A stretch of DNA of 64,000 nucleotides from an uncultured Clostridia bacterium. GTDB taxonomy: Bacteria > Bacillota > Clostridia > TANB77 > CAG-508. The notes under the pieces were generated by a model. The model was not told the DNA's origin and made no database searches. It saw nothing but the letters and a program-made list of their open reading frames with translations. Below, piece by piece: positions 37,963 through 45,627 of this stretch. The position numbers and the translations under genes were made by a program. The stretch covers positions 34,752-98,751 of the forward strand of contig CAKPCF010000002.1 in the NCBI GenBank assembly GCA_934141445.1, written 5' to 3'. Every line of letters starts with the position of its first letter. Position 1 is the first letter of the stretch.

Positions 37963-38217
37963 ATGCAAAAAGTAATTGAATTTATAAAAGAAAATAAAAA
38001 AATTGTAATTATTATATGTATTTTATTGGTTGTAGTATTTTCTATTGTAAAAATAAACAAGAAAAAGAGAATATCTGAAAATATAGCAAAAGAAAATGAG
38101 CAATTAAGAATTGAAGAAGAGGCAAGAAATAATAGACAATATAATTCTGATATGTTAGAAAATAATATAGAAGAAGATATTGGTACATCAGAAGATGATA
38201 TACAAATGTTCAATTAA
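37963..38217 (+). CDS. small single-pass membrane protein
   Basis: 84 aa, TM segment IVIIICILLVVVFSIV, acidic tail. Last gene before the terminator. Confidence 0.5.
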   Translation: MQKVIEFIKENKKIVIIICILLVVVFSIVKINKKKRISENIAKENEQLRIEEEARNNRQYNSDMLENNIEEDIGTSEDDIQMFN

Positions 38218-38224
38218 AATATAA

Positions 38225-38263
38225 AAAAGAAGGTGGTAATTTAAAATGTTACCACCTATTTTT
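38225..38263. terminator. bidirectional terminator between the DGR block and sigK
   Basis: aaaaaaga-AGGTGGTAA-tttaaaatg-TTACCACCT-atttttt. Confidence 0.8.
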
Positions 38264-38961
38264 TATTCTTTAATTTCTTTAGCCAATTTTCCAATTGCCT
38301 TTGTTTCAATTCTTGAAACATAAGAGCGACTGATATCTAACATTTCTGCAATCTCTTTTTGAGTTTTAGGTTTATCACCTTTTAAACCAAATCTTAATTC
38401 AATTATAGTTTTTTCTCTATTTTTTAAAACTGTTTTAATTTTTTCATATAAATTTTTAACTTTTAATTTTAAATCTACCTCATCTTCAACATTTTTTTCA
38501 TTTATTTCAAGAATTTCTTGAAGAGTAACAACATTATCATCTTTATCTTTTCCAACTGGTTCATTTAGGAAAACTTCAGAATTTCTTTTTTTATTACTTC
38601 TTAGAAACATCAATATTTCGTTTTCAATACATCTTGCTGTATATGTAGCTAATTTTATATTTTTTTCTGTATTAAAACTATTGATTCCTTTTATTAAACC
38701 AATAGTACCAATTGAAATTAAATCATCAGCATCAATATTTGTATTATTGTATTTTTTTGCAATATGTGCAACTAATCTTAAATTATGTTCAATTAAAATA
38801 TTTCTAGCAGATTCACTACCAGATAACATTTCTTCTAAATACTTTTTTTCATCTTCAGCACTTAAAGGCTCTGGAAATAAACTACTGCTTTGAATATAGC
38901 CAAAACCAAAAATCATTTCAGACAGAAAATTCCAAAAAGTTTCTAATGTAAAGACAAGCAT
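38263..38961 (-). CDS. sigK: sporulation sigma factor K precursor (pro-sigma-K), uninterrupted
   Basis: Hydrophobic pro-sequence, then FPEPLSAEDEKKYLE...NILIEHNLRLVAHIAKKY...DLISIGTIGLIKGINSF...KLATYTARCIENEILMFLR...ISRSYVSRIE. Close to B. subtilis SigK as recalled from memory. Confidence 0.85.
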   Translation of the reverse strand: MLVFTLETFWNFLSEMIFGFGYIQSSSLFPEPLSAEDEKKYLEEMLSGSESARNILIEHNLRLVAHIAKKYNNTNIDADDLISIGTIGLIKGINSFNTEKNIKLATYTARCIENEILMFLRSNKKRNSEVFLNEPVGKDKDDNVVTLQEILEINEKNVEDEVDLKLKVKNLYEKIKTVLKNREKTIIELRFGLKGDKPKTQKEIAEMLDISRSYVSRIETKAIGKLAKEIKE

Positions 38962-39113
38962 TTAATCCCTCCTGTTTAAAAGCATACTAAAATATATGAA
39001 CTAAAGAATAAAAGTGTGCCTGACCGAGAGAAATAAAATATTTTAATTGGTTATTATTTGACTGGTAAAAATAAAAGTGATAAAATTTATAAGATTTGAT
39101 TGGAGGAATTGGT

Positions 39114-39278
39114 ATGTACGGAAAAATCAAAGATATGAGAAGATTAGAAGTAAAAATCAATAGAGGTGGAGAACTTGTATATTCTGGAAAAGTAGAAGAA
39201 GCACCAGAAGATATTAAAAATTTGAGTTATATATCAATAAAACTTGATGGTGGTATTGCAATATTGGAAATCGAATAG
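39114..39278 (+). CDS. small hypothetical protein (54 aa)
   Basis: ATG at 39114, 7 nt after the GGAGG RBS. Confidence 0.45.
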   Translation: MYGKIKDMRRLEVKINRGGELVYSGKVEEAPEDIKNLSYISIKLDGGIAILEIE

Positions 39279-39287
39279 AAAAATTCT

Positions 39288-40214
39288 ATGATAAAAAAGA
39301 GCTTTATTGAGGATAAGAATGGTGAAGAAATGGAAAAAGATATATTAAGAGAATGTACATTATGCCCAAGAAATTGCAAAGTTAATAGATATGAAAAAAT
39401 TGGAAGATGTGGGATGACAGTAAATATAAAAATTGCTTTAGCAGATTTACATTTTTATGAAGAACCTTGCATTAGTGGATTAAGTGGTTCTGGTGCAGTA
39501 TTCTTTTCTGGATGCAATTTAAACTGTGTTTATTGCCAAAATTATGAAATTAGTCAAGCAAAGAAAGGATATGAAATCTCTATTCAAGAATTAGCTGATA
39601 AGATGATTGAACTTCAAAATAAAGGAGCTAATAATATAAATTTAGTTACTGCGTTTAGTTTTGTACCACAAATAATAGAAGCAATTGATATTGCTAAAAA
39701 ACAAGGTTTTAATTTGCCAATAGTATATAATAGTAGTGGCTATGAAAGTATAGAAACAATAAAAATGCTTGCTGGATATGTAGATGTATATTTACCAGAT
39801 TTAAAATACTATTATAATGAACTTTCTAAAGATTTATCTAATGTAAATGATTATTTTGAAAAAGCATCAAAAGCTATTTTGGAAATGAAAAAGCAAGTAG
39901 GAAATCCAATATTTGATGAAGAAGGAATTATACAAAAAGGGATAATAGTAAGACATTTAGTGTTGCCAAATCATTTACAAAATACAAAAAGTATTTTAAA
40001 ATGGATAAAAAATAATTTAGGAAAAGATACATATTGTAGTATAATGGCACAGTATTTTCCTACATATAAAGCACTAGGTAAAGAAGATATAAATAGAAAG
40101 CTAAATGTAGAAGAATATGATGAAATAGAAAACTATGTATATAAATTGGGATTGAAAAATGGATATATGCAATATGTTGAAGAAAATGAAGAAAAATATG
40201 TTCCAAAATTTTAA
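39288..40214 (+). CDS. radical SAM protein, PflX-like (pyruvate formate-lyase activase homologue)
   Basis: FFSGCNLNCVYCQNYEIS (CxxxCxxC), with an upstream Cys-rich CTLCPRNCKVNR...RCG. Confidence 0.75.
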   Translation: MIKKSFIEDKNGEEMEKDILRECTLCPRNCKVNRYEKIGRCGMTVNIKIALADLHFYEEPCISGLSGSGAVFFSGCNLNCVYCQNYEISQAKKGYEISIQELADKMIELQNKGANNINLVTAFSFVPQIIEAIDIAKKQGFNLPIVYNSSGYESIETIKMLAGYVDVYLPDLKYYYNELSKDLSNVNDYFEKASKAILEMKKQVGNPIFDEEGIIQKGIIVRHLVLPNHLQNTKSILKWIKNNLGKDTYCSIMAQYFPTYKALGKEDINRKLNVEEYDEIENYVYKLGLKNGYMQYVEENEEKYVPKF

Positions 40215-40351
40215 ATGCACAATATATTATAACAAAAAAATAATTACTAAAACAAATTTTAAAAATAGAGAATAAATTAGAAAATAGTGTTTATAATAAA
40301 GATTAAATTAGATAAATAATTAAAATTATATAAAAATAATGAAAAAATGAG

Positions 40352-40380
40352 TTGATAAAAACTTAAAAAGACTGTATAAT
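40352..40380 (+). promoter_or_regulatory. sigma-A promoter of the orphan RNA
   Basis: TTGATA, 17 nt spacer, TATAAT. Confidence 0.6.
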
Positions 40381-40386
40381 AAATTC

Positions 40387-40600
40387 AAGTTAAAAATAGT
40401 TAATAATCTTCCCTGCGTAGTGCGTGTAGAACTGATTTTTTAGAACCTACAAGTTTGGATAAGGGAGTCTGAGCTCTAGATATGGCGTGTATGCTTGCAT
40501 TTATGTAAGAAACCCAGGAGTATTTAGGAGGACACCCACCTGTATATATACAGGTCCATAAAAAATCTTCATCTTACGGCTTAGACGTGGGGCTTTTTTT
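40387..40600 (+). ncRNA. orphan structured small RNA (~200 nt), class unresolved (6S-like features)
   Basis: Non-coding and relatively GC-rich, ending in GGGGC-T7. Contains a perfect 18-nt palindrome ACCTGTATATATACAGGT (40538-40555) and a long-range 9-bp helix between 40467-40475 and 40578-40586. See the finding for this locus. Confidence 0.5.
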
Positions 40601-40681
40601 GTTATTTGTAACAAGAAAAAAGTATTGAAATTTATAGATAAAAATACTATAATATAACAGTAATATTAAGAGAAATTTGGT

Positions 40682-41533
40682 ATGTATATGAATATAAAAC
40701 AGTTGATAAAATATGGAACGAATGAGCTAAATGGAATAGAAGATTCTTATTTGAAAGTAAGAATTTTATTGTCTCATGTATTAGGTAAGAATAAAGAATA
40801 TTTAATTATAAATAGTGATGAAGAAGTTTCACAAGAAAAAGAAGAAGAATTTTTTGAAAAACTAGAAAAACTAAAAAAAGGATATCCTATTCAGTATATT
40901 ACAAATTCACAATTTTTCAGAAATTGTGAATTTTATGTGGATAACAATGTTTTAATTCCGCAACCAGATACAGAGATTTTAGTTGAAGAATCTATAAAAA
41001 TAATTTTAGAAAAGCAAGTATCTAATGTTTTAGATTTATGTACAGGTAGTGGAGCAATTGTTATTTCTATAGCAAAAGAATTATTAGAACAATCAAAAAA
41101 AATCACATTTTGGGCGAGTGATATAAGTGAAAAAGCTTTAGAAATAGCTGAAAAAAATGCAAAACAAAATGAAGTTGAAATAAATTTTATACAAAGTGAT
41201 TTATTTGAAAAAATTGATAATAATTTAAAATTTGATATTATTATTTCTAATCCTCCATATATAGAAACAGCAACAATTGAAGAACTTTCAACAGAAGTGA
41301 AAAATGAGCCTAAAATTGCTTTAGATGGTGGAGAAGATGGTTTAGAATTTTATAGAAAAATAGCAAATAGTTCTAAAAAATATTTAAAAGAAAATGGATA
41401 TCTAGCTTTAGAAATAGGCTATAATCAAATGGATAATGTATGCGAAATTTTAAATCAAAATAATTATAGAGTGTTAAGAAAAGTTAAAGACTTTTCTAAT
41501 AATGATAGAGTTATAGTTGCACAAATTTTATAG
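40682..41533 (+). CDS. prmC: peptide chain release factor N5-glutamine methyltransferase
   Basis: DLCTGSGAI and IIISNPPYI (NPPY) motifs. HemK-like N-terminal domain. Confidence 0.85.
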   Translation: MYMNIKQLIKYGTNELNGIEDSYLKVRILLSHVLGKNKEYLIINSDEEVSQEKEEEFFEKLEKLKKGYPIQYITNSQFFRNCEFYVDNNVLIPQPDTEILVEESIKIILEKQVSNVLDLCTGSGAIVISIAKELLEQSKKITFWASDISEKALEIAEKNAKQNEVEINFIQSDLFEKIDNNLKFDIIISNPPYIETATIEELSTEVKNEPKIALDGGEDGLEFYRKIANSSKKYLKENGYLALEIGYNQMDNVCEILNQNNYRVLRKVKDFSNNDRVIVAQIL

Positions 41534-41565
41534 ATTTATAGAAATCTAAATTTAATATAAGGTAG

Positions 41566-42423
41566 ATGAAGATGACTTTTTCATATCAAGTAAAAGAAGA
41601 ATTAAGCAAGTCGATAAGCTATAAAGATAAAGAAATATTGGAAGCGGAATTTTTAGGATATATTTTAACTGGAAATACCAATATTGATGATAACAAAATT
41701 GAATATATTACTGAAAATGAATTTAATATAGAAGCATTTTATAAAATTTTATTTAATTTAGGTGTAGAATATGAACCTTGTATAAAAGGAAAATGCTATG
41801 TCGCAATAATTTCAATTGATGAAAGATTTAATAAATATTTACAATTGATTAGTTCAAAAAACGAAGACGTTTTGAAATCAATTGTAAAAGGAGCATTTTT
41901 AGGTGCTGGGTCAATAAATGAACCTAAAAATAAATATCATTTAGAAATTTCTTTTGAAAATAAAGTGAATGCTGGATATGTAATAAATATTTGTAAATTT
42001 TTTGGAATAAATTTGAAACTATTAGAACGAAAAAAAATAGTAGTATATTTAAAAGAAAGTGAAGAAATATCAAGATTTTTAGCCTTAATTGGAGCAAATA
42101 AAGCTGTTTTAAAGTTTGAAGAGATTAGAATTATGAGGGAAATGAAAAATAATGTTAATAGATTGGTAAATTGTGAGACTGCTAATATAAATAAAACTGT
42201 TAATGCAGCTGTTGACCAAATAAATGATATAAAATTTATTCAAAGTAAAAATAAATTTGATGAGATGTCAGAAGATTTAAAAGAATTAGCATTGCTTAGA
42301 TTAAAAAATCCAGAAGCCACTTTAAAAGAACTAGGAGATAAACTTAGTCAGCCAATAGGAAAATCAGGAATAAGTCATAGAATAAAAAAGATACATGATT
42401 TTGCAGAAGAACTAAAGAAATAA
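41566..42423 (+). CDS. whiA: DNA-binding sporulation/division regulator WhiA
   Basis: FSYQVKEELSK, KGAFLGAGSINEPKNKYHLEI, and a C-terminal HTH (LKELGDKLSQPIGKSGISHRIKKI). Confidence 0.85.
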   Translation: MKMTFSYQVKEELSKSISYKDKEILEAEFLGYILTGNTNIDDNKIEYITENEFNIEAFYKILFNLGVEYEPCIKGKCYVAIISIDERFNKYLQLISSKNEDVLKSIVKGAFLGAGSINEPKNKYHLEISFENKVNAGYVINICKFFGINLKLLERKKIVVYLKESEEISRFLALIGANKAVLKFEEIRIMREMKNNVNRLVNCETANINKTVNAAVDQINDIKFIQSKNKFDEMSEDLKELALLRLKNPEATLKELGDKLSQPIGKSGISHRIKKIHDFAEELKK

Positions 42424-42474
42424 AAGAGTACAATAGAAAAGCAATAATAAGAGAATATGTAAAGGAATAAAGAA

Positions 42475-43617
42475 ATGGAAGAATTAGGAATATATATACA
42501 TATACCATTTTGTCAAAAGAAATGTAGTTATTGTGATTTTAAATCTTTTGCTAATATAGAAGAAGATATGCAAAAAAAATATGTAGAAGCCCTTATAAAA
42601 GAAATAAAAAATTGTAATGATGATAATAAGCATATTGTTACAACAATATATATTGGTGGTGGCACACCTTCTTTTATAAAACCAGATTATATAAAGGAAA
42701 TATTAGATGCAATTTATAAAAAATGGCAAATAAAATCAGATGTTGAAATAACAATAGAAGTAAATCCAGGAACAGTTACAAAGGAAAAACTAAATGCTTA
42801 TAAAATTATGGGGATAAATAGACTTAGTATTGGACTTCAGTCAACTAATAATTATTTGCTTAAAAAAATTGGCAGAATACACACTTATGAAGATTTTATT
42901 GAAACATATATAATTGCAAGACAGGCTGGATTTGAAAATATAAATATTGATTTGATGTTAGCTTTACCAGAACAGACTTTAGAAGATTTGATGATAAGTG
43001 TTAAAAAGATAATAAATTTGAATCCTGAACATATTTCAATTTATTCTTTAATTTTAGAAGAAAATACTGAACTATGGAAAAAAGTTCAAAGTGGAGAAGA
43101 AAGCACTTTGCCAGATGAACTTGAAAGAGAAATGTATTGGCAAAGTAAAAAAGCATTTGAAAATGCTGGATATAAACATTATGAAATTTCTAACTATGCG
43201 AAAAAAGGTTATGAATCTAAACATAATAGCAATTGTTGGAAACAAAAAGAATATCTAGGCTTTGGAATAGCAGCACATTCTTATTTTAATGAAAAAAGAT
43301 TTTGTAATATAGAAAAAATTAATGATTATATTAGGAATATTGAAAAAAACGATTTTAAACAAAATCAAATTATTGAAGAAGAAAATAGAACAAAAGAAGA
43401 TATTGCAAAAGAATATATGATGCTTGGACTTAGAAAAATAGATGGAGTATCAATTTCTGAATTTCAAAGAAAATTTGAGTTGAATCCATTATTTTATTTT
43501 AGATTTGAAATTAGTAAATTAGAGCAAATGAACTTATTAGAAGTTGATTTAGACAATATAAAACTTACAAAAGAAGGATTAGATTTAGCCAATATAGTTT
43601 TTGAAGAATTTGTGTAA
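42475..43617 (+). CDS. hemW: radical SAM heme chaperone HemW
   Basis: IYIHIPFCQKKCSYCDF, GGGTPS and the HemN_C-like tail. Confidence 0.85.
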   Translation: MEELGIYIHIPFCQKKCSYCDFKSFANIEEDMQKKYVEALIKEIKNCNDDNKHIVTTIYIGGGTPSFIKPDYIKEILDAIYKKWQIKSDVEITIEVNPGTVTKEKLNAYKIMGINRLSIGLQSTNNYLLKKIGRIHTYEDFIETYIIARQAGFENINIDLMLALPEQTLEDLMISVKKIINLNPEHISIYSLILEENTELWKKVQSGEESTLPDELEREMYWQSKKAFENAGYKHYEISNYAKKGYESKHNSNCWKQKEYLGFGIAAHSYFNEKRFCNIEKINDYIRNIEKNDFKQNQIIEEENRTKEDIAKEYMMLGLRKIDGVSISEFQRKFELNPLFYFRFEISKLEQMNLLEVDLDNIKLTKEGLDLANIVFEEFV

Positions 43618-43690
43618 AAACAAATTATTTTAACCCTTGCAAAACATACACATTTGTTATAGAATATAACAGAATTAGGAGGAATTAGAA

Positions 43691-45079
43691 GTGCAAGTAA
43701 AACAAGAAGATTATATACAAAAAGTAAAAGAAATAAATTCATCAAAGGACAAGAAATATTATATTCTAACAATGGGATGTCAATTAAATGAGAATGATTC
43801 AGAAAAATTGGCAGGAATGTTATGTGAGATGAATTATACAGAAACAAAAGAAATGCAGGATGCTGATATTGTAATATTTAATACTTGCTGTGTTAGAGAA
43901 AATGCAGAAGAAAGACTATTCGGTAAAGTAGGAGAAGTAAAAAAATTAAAAGAGAATAAAGATGTTTTACTTGCTATTGGCGGTTGTATGATGCAAGAAA
44001 AAGCAATGTTAGATAAAATCAAACAAAGTTATCATTATGTTGATATTGTGTTTGGTACTCATACAATGCAAAATCTTCCAGAAGATGTGTATAAAGCACT
44101 TATTAAACGTGAAAAAGTAAAAGATGTTATAGACATAGATGGCGAAATTTATGAAGGTTTGCCTATAAAAAGAAATGATAAATTTAAAGCTTCTGTAACT
44201 ATCATGTATGGATGTAATAACTTTTGTACATATTGTATAGTTCCTTATGTAAGAGGTAGAGAAAGAAGTAGAGAACCAGAGAAAATTTTAGAAGAAGTAA
44301 AAATTTTGGCAAAAGAAGGTTATAAAGAAATAACTTTATTAGGTCAAAATGTAAATTCATACAAAGGAAATGAAAAGATAAGAAATTTTGCAGATTTATT
44401 AAATGAAGTTTGTAAAATAGATGGAATAGAGAGAGTTAGATTTATTTCACCACATCCAAAGGATTTTACAGATGATGTAATAGAGGCTATTGCTAACAAT
44501 GAAAAAATATGTAAAATTATTCATTTGCCATTACAATCTGGAAATTCAAAAGTATTGAAAGAAATGAATAGAAGATATACTAAAGAGCAATATTTAGCTT
44601 TAGTTGAAAAAATGAAAGACAGAATCCCAAATATTGTTTTTTCAACTGATATTATAGTTGGTTTTCCAGGCGAAACTGATGAAGAATTTGAAGATACATT
44701 AGATGTTGTTAGAAAAGTAAATTTTGAACAAATATTTATGTTTATCTATTCTCCAAGAATTGGTACACCAGCTGAAAAGAGAGATGACCAAGTTTCAGAG
44801 GATATAAAACATATTAGATTTGATAAATTAAAAAACTTATATGATAGTCATGTAGATGAGAATAATGAAAAATATATTGGTACAAACCAAAAAGTAATGA
44901 TAGAAGGTTATAGCAAAAATAATAACGAAATGTACACAGCAAGAACTGATACAAATAAGGTAGTAGTATTTAAACCAATAGAAGGTCAAAAAATTGGAGA
45001 TATTGTAACAGTTAAAATAATAAGTGCACATAAATGGTACTTAAAAGCTGAAATCATAGATACAAAACAAGAAAAATAA
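43691..45079 (+). CDS. miaB: tRNA-2-methylthio-N6-dimethylallyladenosine synthase
   Basis: MGCQLNENDSE, IMYGCNNFCTYCIVPYVRG and a C-terminal TRAM domain. GTG start. Confidence 0.9.
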   Translation: MQVKQEDYIQKVKEINSSKDKKYYILTMGCQLNENDSEKLAGMLCEMNYTETKEMQDADIVIFNTCCVRENAEERLFGKVGEVKKLKENKDVLLAIGGCMMQEKAMLDKIKQSYHYVDIVFGTHTMQNLPEDVYKALIKREKVKDVIDIDGEIYEGLPIKRNDKFKASVTIMYGCNNFCTYCIVPYVRGRERSREPEKILEEVKILAKEGYKEITLLGQNVNSYKGNEKIRNFADLLNEVCKIDGIERVRFISPHPKDFTDDVIEAIANNEKICKIIHLPLQSGNSKVLKEMNRRYTKEQYLALVEKMKDRIPNIVFSTDIIVGFPGETDEEFEDTLDVVRKVNFEQIFMFIYSPRIGTPAEKRDDQVSEDIKHIRFDKLKNLYDSHVDENNEKYIGTNQKVMIEGYSKNNNEMYTARTDTNKVVVFKPIEGQKIGDIVTVKIISAHKWYLKAEIIDTKQEK

Positions 45080-45104
45080 TAGGAAAAGTTGAAAGAGGTT
45101 AATT

Positions 45105-45572
45105 ATGACAAATAAAAATGAAATGATTTTTATTAACAAGATACTAAATACTGAGTTGACAATTAGAAAAACTGCAAAGCAATTCGGATTAAGAAGAGAT
45201 GATTTAATAAGAAGAATGGAAGAGGCTTTAGCTGGTGATGAAGAAAATTTGCAACAATTAAAATTAGTAATTGTAATTAACAAAATGCTTTTTGATAATA
45301 TACCAATGAATGAAGCAGCAAAAGAACTAGGAATCACAGAAAAGGAGTTAGATAAAAAGATTTTATCTACATTAGCAAATAATGAAGATAAATTAAAAAG
45401 ATATAAAGAATATAAAAATCCTTCACAAAACAAAATAAAAAAAGAAGCAAATGCATTTCATAAGAAGACTAATAAAAAGACAAATAATACTGCAAATAAA
45501 AAAGGAAATAATAAAGGTGGAAATGTAAAAAAAGCAACAAATAAAAAAACAAGTGGAGGAAATAAAAAATAA
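45105..45572 (+). CDS. hypothetical protein with two HTH-like repeats and a Lys/Asn-rich basic tail
   Basis: TIRKTAKQFGLRRDDLIRRMEE and MNEAAKELGITEKELDKKI. No family assigned. Confidence 0.45.
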   Translation: MTNKNEMIFINKILNTELTIRKTAKQFGLRRDDLIRRMEEALAGDEENLQQLKLVIVINKMLFDNIPMNEAAKELGITEKELDKKILSTLANNEDKLKRYKEYKNPSQNKIKKEANAFHKKTNKKTNNTANKKGNNKGGNVKKATNKKTSGGNKK

Positions 45573-45627
45573 ATTAAATCGGGTAATATTGAAATAAATA
45601 ATGGTTTAAAGAAATGGAGCAAAGAAA

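Noticed and set aside
40482-40508. Mini-ORF MACMLAFM* inside the orphan RNA, as a Met/Cys-rich leader peptide for prmC
   Set aside because: The RBS spacing is about 14 nt, and no attenuator arrangement could be drawn around it. More likely a coincidence within a structured RNA.
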